Assembly: GCF_016433145.1 (NCBI RefSeq)
Contig: NC_058134.1
Location: 284,072,818 to 284,136,817 of the forward strand
Source: Gracilinanus agilis
Lineage: Eukaryota
Direction of reading: 5' to 3'
Length of the DNA stretch: 64,000 nt
Shown: positions 1 to 12,200 of the stretch, one piece after another
How the letters are laid out: each line of letters begins with the position of its first letter
Position numbering within the stretch: the first letter of the stretch is position 1
The notes under the pieces: generated by a model
What the model saw: the letters and a program-made list of their open reading frames with translations, nothing else
What the model was told of the DNA's origin: nothing
Database searches by the model: none
Made by a program: the position numbers and the translations under genes

Positions 1-379
1 GTTAATCCGCTTGAGGTTCTGTTTCCTGCTCTTCTTTTCTCTCCTGCTTCCTTTAAGTTTCTAATTTGTTTCCTAAACTTATTTTTAAATTTAAATATAA
101 ACCTTGATTCAAAGGGGACTGAGGAGCTAAGTTAACTCCTTGTAACTCAGTCATCTTTTTTTTTTTTTTTAATTCTGAGCATGCTTTATTTAACAGATAA
201 TTTTGGAATATTTGAAAGGTAATGCCCAAGTACCAGTATGGCTTCATTAAAAACCAGCCATACTTCATAAATAACATTGTCATTTCTAAGCAATTCTAAG
301 AAATTATCCAGAAAGTAATGATAGAATGAAAAAATCCTTTCCAAAATGAATAAAGCTTTTAAGAGTAAACTTGCCAAAA

Positions 380-1935
380 CAGTTTTCTTCCTGATTGTTT
401 ACAGAATTTTTTCTTTGAGTTGGATTTTGTCTACCATTTTCCTGAGAGATTTCATTTTGGTGTTTCTTTTAGAAAGAGACGGGTAGATTCTATTTCCACT
501 TTCCTTTTTGGTTCTATGAGTTTTGGGCAGTTTTAAGATTTTAAAAATATGATGTCTAGGTTCTTTAAAATTTTTATTTAGCTAGTCCATTGTTTCTTAA
601 ATTTTTCTCTTCAATTTGTTTCTAGGTCAGTTTCTGCTGAGAAGATACTTTATATTTGCTTCCATTTCCCCTAAACTTTCAACTTTGTTTTTATATTTTA
701 TATTTTCTCATGCTTTCTATTTGGTTCATTCTAATTTTTAGGGAGTTATTTTCTTATGAGAGATTTTGATTCCTCTCATGTCAAGTTTTTAATTTCCTTT
801 CCAAGTCCTTCTTCCATAGTTCTCCTTTCTTTACTAACCTTTTCTTCAAGTGTTCTCATTTCATTTATATAAAAAGAAATTTACACTCTTGCTTCATTTC
901 TTCCAAGAATTAGTTGTATGTTTCTCTGATACTTTGCTTGTAGATGTTTGGGAGTCATTCTCTTCTTTTAGGTTTATGTGGTGAGGTTCCCTGCTTCTCT
1001 GTCACTCTAACAGCTCTTTATGGCAGGATTCTTTTTTATTTTTTTCTCATTTGCCTAATCTAAGTTCTGATTTCAGTCTTGGTGATAAGAATGGGTTTGG
1101 TCACACTTCTGAAGGGAATATCTAGGCAACTTTAGTTGCTTTCTTGGGTTATTGAATATTGATTTATTCTAGAATTTTATGGAAACTTCAAGTTGGATAT
1201 CTGCAAGCTTTCACAGTTCTTAGAGGTCTGATCCAGGGCAAAGTCTATTGCTTCCTCCTGGTCTGAATTCTTCAAATTTCTTTCCTGAGTTTGGTTCTCA
1301 AAAACAGTAGAGTGGTGCTAGACTTACTCATTGTCAGACAACTAGGAAGCTCTGCTGGTTTAGTCATAGAATGGCTGAGTCTTCTTTGGTCTGTTATTTT
1401 TGCCTTGTTTATTCCTCTGCAGATTTCAGAGCAGGTTAGTAGTTGGAACTGAGACTCTGTTTTGCTTTTAGGACTGTGCATCACTGCTGCTTACCTTTGG
1501 ATTTGTTCCTTTCTCTTTAAAAATTTCCAGGAACTGTGGCTACTTCTTCCCCTAGAATGCCTTTCCTTTGCACAGGTCTTATTTTGTCATTTGTCTTGAA
1601 CCTCTGACCTGGAATGGAGTAATGGGCAACAAAGCTGCCAGATGGCACCTTTACTAGTCATAGTGTCTTCCAGTCATAGTATGGGTCTGGTATTCCTACT
1701 TGTCTAAGTGCTCAGCCTCTCTCTAGTTGCTGGAGTGCAGTGCTTTGCTCTATACTCCTTATTGGATCCTCTTCCAGCATCTACAGGTGTCTATATTTGT
1801 GACAAACTGGGCCACACATATGACTCATTGTGATTTTTTTTCCTTGAGTTTTTCAGAAAGATTAAGTCTGGTGCATTTTCTAGATTTGTTTGGAAAACTG
1901 CATTACTTACTGTTATTCTACTATCTTGGCTTTGT
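380..1935 (-). mobile_element. Old L1 5' portion (5'UTR and degraded ORF1), boundaries approximate
   Basis: T-rich antisense L1-like texture ending in TACTATCTTGGCT (reverse complement resembles the GCCAAGATGG start of L1); no intact ORF. Confidence 0.5.
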
Positions 1936-2187
1936 TAGTAAAGGTACATTAAAAATTAACTTTGTTACCAATTGTAGCAGTCCAGGCATGTACAAATCCT
2001 GAAAATAATATAGAGAAACTAAAAAAACCACACTTTTGAGCAATGTACTAATTTACCAATTATGCCCTTGAGTTCAAATTAAGACAGTAACCTGGTAGTA
2101 TTCCAAACCATTCCTCAAGGCTACATTCTGGAAGACAGACCAGCTATCTCAGTCTCTTTGTTTACCCAATAACAATCATTTAACATT

Positions 2188-3305
2188 TGTATTAGACAAG
2201 CTTTTATGCCTTTAATCAAATGAACTCCTGATCTGTGCCTTAGCTACACCTATTGTTTTAGAATTGGTGTGGTTGTGTCTTAGGATGATTACTTCATAAC
2301 GTTCATTTGTCTGACCTCTCATTTGATTATCAATCTCCTTTCCCCCTTTCCTTTAAAAATCAATATGTCTGGCTAAGAGGAAGCTCTTTACCACCAGAGC
2401 TCTATGCCACTTGAGCTCTTTCCATCAGAGCTAATTTGCTGTCAGACCTACTTTATGTTGGAATTCTGCATCTGTGTCTTTTTTCTTGCATTATGCTCTC
2501 CTTTCCTCAGACTTTAACTCTTCACCCATATTCATTCAGTCTCTAGTTTCCCTTTCTAGTGTTCTCCCCGGGAGGAACTTTAGTGAAGTTGGTGGAGGGC
2601 TTTACCAACATTTACTTTTATAGTTCATGCTGTTATGAGAGTTTATAGCATGTGAGTTTGGTCTCCAAGGGAGAGTTTCAGGAGGATAAAGATTCTAGAA
2701 TGTGAAAGTGGGTTCAGACAGTTGACTGTCTGTCTGTCTGTCTGGAGGTTTCTGGAGAGGTTGGATGCTTTTCCTTAGTGGCTGATTCTACCCTGATTCT
2801 CCATCCTACCTGTTGCCTTCCTGCTGCTTTGCGGTTGTCCGCTGTGTTCCCTTGTGATCCTGACTATCTGACCATCTGATTATAAGATCAGGTCTGGTTC
2901 CTTTTGGATCCAGGACCTCTTCCTGGGCCCTGCCAAATTGCCATAGACCACTACCTATAATACCATCTAAGGGGGGGGTTGGTTTAATGTAGATTTAGCT
3001 AAAGTAGGGACTGGGATCTTTAGGTCAGAGCGGTGAGGATTGGGCTAAACACTTTGAAGACTTCCCATGAGGGAACAAAATTAGATTTAGTTAGTGACAT
3101 TAGTATTAGGGTCATCCAAATTCCTTCTAACCGTTCCCTTTTAATTAAATTACCTTTTATTTACTGTTTTAGTGGCCTGTGTGTATTATCTCAGGCCAGG
3201 CTATGACTGGACTAGGTTCTGTTGACTTTCCCAAAGCACAGTTAATCTTCTGATACTGGCCCAATCCTATTCATCTGGTTTCATCCCCTATACCACCCTC
3301 TTACA
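2188..3305. mobile_element. LTR-like element, boundaries uncertain
   Basis: Locally GC-richer block with TG...CA candidate ends and LTR-like simple repeats (TGTC)n; no TSD found. Confidence 0.3.
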
Positions 3306-3377
3306 ATGACTAATGTTTATATGCAACTCTTTATGACTTTAACTATGGAGGAAAAGTATGTATCACGGTGGATAGAG

Positions 3378-3542
3378 CAGGAGTCGGCAACCTTTTTGGC
3401 CGTGAGAGCCATAAAAGCCACATTTTTAAAAATGTAATTTCATGAGAGCCGTACAGTGCTCACAGTGCCGCTCCTGTAACAGCGCCTGAAAAAAATTGAC
3501 TTTATGGCTCCTGCAGAAAGAGCCATACGTTGCCGACCCCTG
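3378..3542 (+). mobile_element. Non-autonomous hAT (Charlie-type) element, family A copy 1, inserted in a MIR-like SINE
   Basis: TIRs CAGGAGTCGGCAAC / GTTGCCGACCCCTG; 8-bp TSD GGATAGAG/TGATAGAG (7/8); near-identical to 50217-50422. Confidence 0.9.
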
Positions 3543-3779
3543 TGATAGAGTAATGGGGCCTGAGGTCAGGAAGAGTATGTGACCTTGAGCAAGTCACTGA
3601 ATGTCTGTTTTCATCATTTTACCTATTTATAAAATGAGATAAAACTAGTACTTCCTTTCTAGGTTTATTGTAATGGTCAAATGAGATATTTGTAAAAGAC
3701 TTACCACAATGCCTGGCTCATAAGCACTGCTAAAAATGCTATTTTTATTATTATTATGTATAGAATCATAGCCAGTTTG

Positions 3780-4320
3780 CATCAGAAGAAGGATTTTCCT
3801 CATAGGAATGATAGATCTAGGAGGGGTCTCCAAAGCCGTCTAGTCCAACAATTTAATTTTATAGTTAGGGAATCTGAAGTTCAGAGAAGTTAAGTGCTTT
3901 GTCCAAAGTCACAGAAAGAGTAATAATAGCAGAGACAGGATTTGAACCCAGGTCCTCTGCTTCTAAAGTAATTTTTAGTGACTTTAATTACACAGAAGTA
4001 TGATTAAAATTACATTGATGAAATCACAGTACTTAACTCACCTTTAATACCCCAATTGTATGATTAATAAGTAATATCACATAGAGGAAGAACCTCTGCC
4101 CTAGGGTCAGCAGACTAGATCATATCCAGTCTCTGTAATTTAATAGGGATGTGGTCTTTCGCAAGTTATAAGAAATATGAAATAACATTTCAGAGTCTCT
4201 TTTTTCACTTTAGTGGAAAATTAACACCTATCTTATAGGGCTGTTATAATGGGAAAATGAGATAATGGATGAGAAGGACTCTAAAAATAATAAGAGTTTA
4301 TAAATTTTATAACTAGAAGT
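3780..4320. mobile_element. Two MIR/CORE-SINE fragments
   Basis: CORE-like motifs such as GTTAAGTGCTTTGTCCAAAGTCACAG...GGATTTGAACCCAGGTC. Confidence 0.6.
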
Positions 4321-5059
4321 TATTTTTTAAAGTTCCAACATGGTGACATAGCTAGAGAGGCCAGGAAGGCCACAGAAAGAACTTATTCAACTATTGTTTC
4401 AGATACATACTAGCTCTATGACCCTGGATAAGTTATCTCATCTCACTGTGATTCAAGGAAAGGCAATAAGCATTACATGCTTACTGTGTGCCAAGTACTG
4501 TGCTAAGTCTAGTGCAGAAGTATCAGACTTGTGACCTGTAAACTCCATAATGTTGCCAAACCAGATCCAAGCACAACTTGAAATTGTTTAATAAGATAAA
4601 AAAAAAATACAAAATAACATAGATAATGCCAATTTGTGGCTTAAAGAAAACCAGGATTATGACTCCTAAAGCCAGGGGAGGACCCATAAGAATATACAGA
4701 TGAAGATAACAAGAAGGATCATAATAAATAGGCTTGAACTTTGGAAACTGCCAAAGTTAGGGGCCTTCAGGACTGCAAACTTTTTGAATTTCCTTTCACA
4801 GAGTATCCTGCGTCTTTGGGATTGGTTCATTTGTTGTGAGAAAATAGCAACACATTCATCAGATTTTGTACAAGAAAAAGTGTAGTCTTGCTATAGGGAC
4901 TTGGTTGCTAGACATCATTCAAGGTGTCAAAGTTTTGTTGGAGTTCTCTGTAGAGGTTGGTGTGGCTGTGTCACTGAAGAGACAGGGCAGGGATTCTAGA
5001 CCTCTCTGCAGATGATAATTGCAACTATGAAATTAAATGATGCAAAATCCTTGAAAGGG

Positions 5060-5541
5060 AATATGTGGCAAATCTGGACAGCATACTAAAAAGCAGCCAA
5101 CAAAGGTCCATATAGTCAGAGCTATGGTTTTTCAAATGGTACCACTTCACTGTGAGAGTTGGGCTCTGAGAAAAGCTAAGCACTGCAGAATTGATGTTTT
5201 CAAATTGGGGTGCTGAAGAAGATTTTTGAGAGTCCCTTGGACAGCAAGGAGATCAAATACATCAACACTTCAGGAAATTAATTCAGAATATTACTTGGAA
5301 AGACAAATCTGAAGCTAACAGTTAAATACTTTGGTAATATATGAGATAATAGGAATCACTGGAAAAGACCCTGATGTGGGGAAGATTGAAGGCAAATCAA
5401 GGGGATGGCAGAGGCTGAGAGATGGACAGTGTCATAGAAGCATGAACATGAGCTTGGACATTCATCAGGAGATAGTGGAAGATAGAAAGGCATGGCATAC
5501 TATGATCCATGGGGTTGCACATGACTGAAAAAAATGAACAA
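5060..5541 (+). mobile_element. BovB-like RTE LINE 3' end
   Basis: Recognisable BovB 3' motifs: CCAACAAAGGTCCATATAGTCAGAGCTATGGTTTTTC, GAGAGTCCCTTGGACAGCAAGGAGATC, GGAAAAGACCCTGATG..GGGAAGATTGAAGGC, ATCCATGGGGTTGCA, TGAA-type tail. Confidence 0.85.
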
Positions 5542-6899
5542 GTCTATCCAGCCCATCATCCCTGGTGATTCTAAATGAAGTTTCTCAAGGAAAGAGGAAG
5601 TTATTGATCTTAAATACACGAAATTCACATGGTGGTGTTCTGCTGGTGGTATCTACTTTGTTAGTCCATTTTTTGTACATTTAGAAGAGGAACAAAAGAA
5701 GCAAAATTAATAATTTATAATATAATTATATTATTAACACATTAATGAATGTGCTATATTAATTGATGAATTAATACTTATATTATTAATATAGTTGTAT
5801 TAAAATTAGTTAATAATTAATCTGAATAATTAAAGTGAAGACCATTGTGACTCATGGTTTGTCATTTAAGAAAAATGTTGGTGGGATTTTCAAATAGACT
5901 CAAATCCTTGAATATCTTTAGAATCCAGAAAATTACCCATAAAAGAAGATAATCTTATCTATTGTATACAAGTTGAAAGTCTTCTGAAGCTTGAGAAAAT
6001 AAAGATGGGAAAGAACAAACTTACCACCAATGTCACCTCTTTTAGGATATTGTTCCTCAGCCTCTACCCCACTTTTCACTTTATCCAAGAACAATGTTAT
6101 TTTAATTTCCCCACAAAATGGGGGAGTGAAAAAGAGGACACAAGATATAGTATGCATTTGATGAAGGACAGTCTAGTTATTGCAAAGTGGAAAGCAATGA
6201 TTACCATAAAAATAACTACAACATTTATTACAAAATTATTAGAACCAAATTCAACAATTTAATTTACAACTATTATTTCAAACTATTGGGAGGCTGATAG
6301 AAGAGTCTCACCATGACATCATAGCTTTGCAAAATCACTAGTTAATCGTTATGCATTTTATTTTTCCTTTGTGCTTCTATTCAAATAGCTGACTTTCTTT
6401 TTGGTGACCTTTCTCTTGATGTTAGTCAAATTTTTGTATTTCTTCAAAGAAAGGGACACCAGGGACAACCATAGTCATCTACCAGAATATAAAACTGGGC
6501 AAATATATCTTATTTTTAACAGAACAAAGAATCACAATTAAGTGGAAGTAAGACAGGGGCTGTTAAGTAGGGAATAGCTATTCCTCTTGGCTTGCTTTTT
6601 TCCCCTCAGTGCTCTTGCTCCTGGATGAGGAGAATCCTGATAAAAAACAGAGTTATCCCCTCTCTGCCTATTCAAAGAGAAATTGTCTTTCATGGACTTG
6701 AAGAAGGGAACTGATGATGTGTTAGATATCTGCTGTGCAATAATCATCCTGCTGCCACGAAATGACCATCTCCCCTCCTTTTCACCATCAGTGTTGCAAA
6801 CTGAAGTCTTGGGCTGGACATGAAAAACATCCACTTTCCCATTTAAAGGCTGACTTGTGTGACAGCAGTTTCCTCTTGATATTTTGGAAGGACTACAAT

Positions 6900-7975
6900 C
6901 AGGGTTTTTGTAGTAAACCAACTCCTTGCCAGAGGTTATTACATTCTTATTATCAAGTGTTCATTTTCCAGTGGTTCATTCCCTAACACATACAAATACT
7001 CCTGAATCTTTCTCATCCTTAAAAAAAGAAACTACTTGACTCAGCCAACTCCTTGAGTTATTGTTTATACTCTCTGCTCCCTTTGATGAGTTAAATTCCT
7101 GAAAAGGATTAAATATACTTGACACTTCCGCTTCATCATTCACTCTATTCCTCTCTTCTTAATCTCACACTTTTTTTCTGATCCCACCTCTCAACCAAAG
7201 TATATTCTGCAAGGATGCCAAGGATCTCTGTTTAGATCACAGTTTAGAACTTGAAATCCAGTGCCTTTTTCTTAGTTCCCATTCTACTATTCTACTTGAG
7301 CACTCTACTGATTTTAAGACTGTTACTGCTTTCCTTCTCCTAGATATTCTTTCCTCATTCAGTTTTAGGAGACACTGATCTCCTTTGATTTCTCTCCATG
7401 CCTATGTAACTATCTTTTCTTGGGGTCCTTTGAGGATCATCAGCCTGCACTTGGGCCATAGCCCTTAACTCCAAGGTTCTGTTTTGGGCCTCCTATACTT
7501 ATTCCACTGTTAATCTCATTAATTCTTATGAATTCATTGATCATTTCTAAGCAAATACTTTCAAAATCTAAACACAATCCTTGTTCTACATGTGACATAC
7601 TCACTTGGTTTGGTATCTCAAACTCAACATTTCCAAATTTGAAGCCCACATTACACTATTTCATTATTATCCTTCCCCTTACCCCCCACCTCTAAGCTCC
7701 TCACCCTAGCCTGCCTCTTCTGTCTAAGCCCTATCAGCCATATTGTTTAGAAATTGATGTCTCCCTTGATTTTTCCCTTTCTTATCATTTCCAAGTCTTG
7801 ATTCCATTTGCACAACCTATCTCACATCTAACTTATTCTTTCCACTCATACACTCTCTAACTGACTTCAGGTGCTCATCCATTCTAGTTTGGACTATTGC
7901 TGCCAGACTCTTCTCTCACCCATTCCATAGCTGATAAGATGAAGTTCAGAAAACACAAATCTGAACATACATGAT
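6900..7975 (+). mobile_element. L2 LINE fragment downstream of OR pseudogene (paralogous to ~18770-20240)
   Basis: L2-like motifs (AAAACACAAATCTGAACAT); aligns by eye with 18781-20240. Confidence 0.6.
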
Positions 7976-7987
7976 AGCTTTTTTATT

Positions 7988-8842
7988 TTATTTTATTTTA
8001 TTTATAGTGATGGCAATTGGGAGTAAACTTACTTTTTGGAAGCCGAAGTCTTCCTTTGTTGAAGGTTTAATGTATATGAAAATACAGCTGCCATGAGAAA
8101 GGGAAATGACAATCATATGAGAAGAACAGGTAGAAAAGCATTTTTTCCTTTGTTGAGCAGAAGGAAACCTGAGAATTGTCTGGATAATGTTAGAGTAGGA
8201 GAAAATCACTAACCCTAAGGTGGTCATCAGTGTTACTATAGCAAAAAGAGAATCAACCAGCTCTACCAGATCTGTTTCTGAGCAAGAGAGCTTCAGAATT
8301 GGAGCAGTATTACAGTAATAATGATTTATTATATTTGATGAACAGAAATCCAGAAGATTTAGCATTATGACTGCTGGTAAAGCAATCAGAAACCCAGCCA
8401 GCCAAGAGCACAGAAGTAGAAGGAGGCATACTCTATTGTTCATGATGGTTGTGTAATGCAGGTTTTTTTTGATGGCAACATATCGGTCATAGGATATGGC
8501 AGCCAGAAGGTAAAACACTGTGGCCCCCAGAAATATGGCAAAAAAGTACTGAATGAAACAGCCAATAAAGCTGATGGTTTTGACCCCTGTTGCAATACTG
8601 TGTAGGAGCCTGGGAGTAAGCACAGTTGTACTGAAAATTTCTAGGATGGAAAAACTCCCAAAGGAAGAAATAATGGGAGTCTGCAGGTGGGCATCCATAA
8701 TAGAGAGAGTGATAATGGTCAGGTTGCTGATGACACTGAATACATAGGTAAGAAAGAGAAAGAGAAAAAGAACAACCTGGAAATCAGGGACATCAGTGAG
8801 ACCCAGAAGAATGAAATCTGTCAAAGTGGTGACATTTTTCAT
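7988..8842 (-). pseudogene. Olfactory receptor family 6 (OR6C4/OR2AP1-like clade) pseudogene; TM7 truncated
   Basis: 284-aa ORF with OR motifs ([21 protein letters not shown]). PMYFFLR is replaced by PIISSFG through a -1/+1 frameshift pair. Homology stops after PIAIT so NPFIYTLRN is lost. ATEF->ATVF, MSYDRY->ISYDRY, SYG->SHG. Confidence 0.93.
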
Positions 8843-9299
8843 TGTGAACTCACCTGAACCTGGAGTTGTAAAGGAAAAAATAAATCAGTGGTTAGGATGG
8901 GATCTCAAGGCATGCCAGGCATAGAGAACCTTTGGAATCCACTCATGATCATTTTCATTATCTATTGTGCTTTCCTCCTAAGCTTCTTTTTCATTTAGAG
9001 TTTAAGTTGTTTTTATAGTCCTTTTCAGGGAATCCCTGTGTCACCCTTTCAACATGGATCATTTGAGGAATCATTCAAGGAAGATCTATAGCCAGAAGAG
9101 GATGGATTCATGCTACACTAGGATTGGTTGAATGAAAGTGAAGTTGGAGTTGTTCAATGATAGAACACTTTGGGAAATGTGAACCTATTTTTGAGTATTT
9201 GAAAAGATCTCATGTGGAGGAGGGATTAGATTTTTTTTTGTCTAGTTCTTTTTTTTAAAAGCCTTTGAGGATAAGCAGATAAGCCAACTGAGAATAAAT

Positions 9300-12200
9300 T
9301 AATAGAAAAAGGAGTAATGTCCTTTACAATAGTTCAGGCATTTATGAAGAAATATTGCAAGACAAAGAAAAATAATTAAAAGCTGGTATAAAGTATAGAA
9401 AGTTCCTGAATTTTTAAAAATGGAAATAAAAATTGTGAAAGTTGAATTTATAGGTTGCACAGAAGAAATAATAGACAAAAAAGCTTTGAATCCATGATGT
9501 TTCTCATAAAAGGGAAAACATTGGAATAAAACTAATTGGAAATACAAATAAAAGGAAATGAAAGACAAATTTGAATAAGAAAAGAAAATGTCAGTAATAT
9601 TAACAGAAAGCATGATGGCTATATATACAAAACATACTTACCTCAAAGATAGGATGTATAGGGACAACAAAAGAACGTAAGTTTCTCAGAAAAATATTAT
9701 GAAGTCAAAAAATCTCAACATCATAGTGCAAGAAATAATATAAGAAAACTGCCATAACTTATAAACACTGAAGATAAAGTGACAAAGGAAATAATTATTT
9801 CTAGGAACAAAAAACAAAAACAAAACCTTACTATAAATTCCAGATCACACAATGGTTAGATTTAGCAGTTCCCTTAATAAACAAAAAATTATGAAGTTGA
9901 TCAGAAGAAAGACTTTGAAGAAAGATGGACTATCAATAAAAAGAAGCATTCAGATTATTTTTAGAAGAAAACCAGACCAGAAGAGATCATATGCTTCTCA
10001 AATAGCTCAGACAACATAAATATAAGAAGGATAAACAGATATAGCAACCAAAACAACAATAGTTAACAATACAATACAGTAGGGAGGCAATGAATTTCTT
10101 TTTAACTATTCATGAAGAGACAAGGGTGAAAAACAGACATCTAATCGAAATTATGGCTGTAAGGTGGAGACATCATGGACTAAATTTCTAAATTCCTTTC
10201 CTACCAAAGGTGAATTACATAGATATGAATAAAAAGAAAGAAAAAAGTATTATACACTAAATTAATCCAAAAAGAAGGAACTATAATCACTTTATCAGAC
10301 AAAGCAAAAAAAAAAAGACATGCATATAAAAACATATAAACAAGGAAGCTGAAAAGAACAAACAAGACAGCAAACCATTATAAAATTAAGTTTACATACC
10401 ACAAAAGACTTAACATCTAAATTCATTGAGGAAACATTAACTTATATAAGAAGACATAGACTACAACACAACTGTGATTGTTAATTTCAATGTCTCTTTA
10501 ACAGTTTTTAATAGTTAAAGTAAAAAGATAGATAAAGGGAAAATATGAAACTGTACAAATTTCTGAAGAAATGAGCTAAAAGACTTGTAGAATCTATGAA
10601 AAAATGACTGCTAAAGAATAATGTCAGTATCACATGGAACTTTTTACAAAACTTAATCATGTCTTAGGACATAAAGGTGTTGTAGATAAATTCAAAAGCA
10701 CAGAAATAGTAGATAATTCTTTTATGGGCTACAATATAAATAGATCATTAGGTCAGAGACCACAAATAAAAAGATAAAGAATAAAAAAGATTCAACAATG
10801 AAACCCTAAATAATGAATGTTTCAAAGAACAAATCACAGGAATGCTAATTATGTGAAATAAAATAACAATAAAATAACAGACTAAAATTTTGGGATGTAG
10901 CTAAAGCAATCCTCAAGGACAAAGAAATGCAAACATGCATTAAAAACAGAAAATTAATGAACTGAATGGCATTTACAAAAATTTGAAAGCCCACAGAGAA
11001 ACCAAAAGCAAGCATCACATGCAGTGGGGATACACTAGAACTTTTCCCAGTAAATACAATAGCAAAGCAAAGATGCTTACTATATAAATCTGGAAACAAC
11101 AACAATATCAATAAATGAGAGAAAGAAATTAAAGTCATAAAGGCATCTAAGAGGGAGTTAAAACTAATATTCATGATAAGATGATAGTTTACTTAGAAAA
11201 TCCCTGGGGATTAAAGAATTAGTAATTAAGACAATCTGAGCAAAGTTGCAAGCTACAAAAGAACCCTTCCAAAATCAATTGCATTTCTATATAGTAAAAA
11301 AAATTCATGTGATAGAAGTAGAAAGGAAATCCCATTCCAAATAAATACAAAATAAATAAACTATTTGGGCATCAATTTATAAAAGCATACAAAGCACTTG
11401 TATAGATTCAATTACAAATTGATCTCAAAGAAATAAAGAACAACTTAGATAGCTAAAGGAATATTTAATGCTTATAACTGGATTTTGTTGACATAATAAA
11501 AATGACAATGCTATTGAAGAGAATTTACACTTTTAATGCTAATCTAATCAAATTACCAATGGAATATATAATAGAACTTGACAATATAATCATAAAATTA
11601 ATTTAGAAAAAAATTAAAGGTGTGGAATATCAAGGGAAATAATGAAAAGAAGTAGGGATAAAGGGAAATAGCATTTAAAGGCATTAAAATATATTATAAA
11701 GCAGCAGTCTGGTATTTGCTGGTTAAATAAATAGGGAGGTAGATATAACAGACAAGGGAGAATCAGAAGCAATTGAACTCAACCACTCAGTTTTCAATAA
11801 ACTAGAAGAAATACATTACTTACGAAAGAGATCCACCGTAACTGACAAAAACTTCTGGGAAAACTGGAAAGTATTATGGAAAAAAAAATCAGACTTAGAA
11901 CAATCCTTCATACTGATTCTACAATATGTTCTAAATATATATGTCCTTCGTATTAAAGAGCATGCTACAAATATATGAAAAGAGAAGCAAATCATATACC
12001 TCTCATAGCTATGAGTAGATATTATCAATCAAACAAAGGTTAGAGATATTTATAAAAATTAAAATAGAACTTTGATTATGTGAAACTGAAAAACTTCTAC
12101 ACAGATAATGCACCTAGGAGAAGAAGGTAAGCAGTTAAATGGAAAAAAATCTTTATATCAAATTTATCTATAAATGTTCAGTCATTTTTCAGTTGTATCT

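Noticed and set aside
8553-8747. Antisense or alternate-frame ORFs over OR genes (8553-8747, 29329-29538, 29561-29755, 51933-52274, 51950-52201)
   Set aside because: Shadow ORFs caused by OR codon composition; no independent coding evidence
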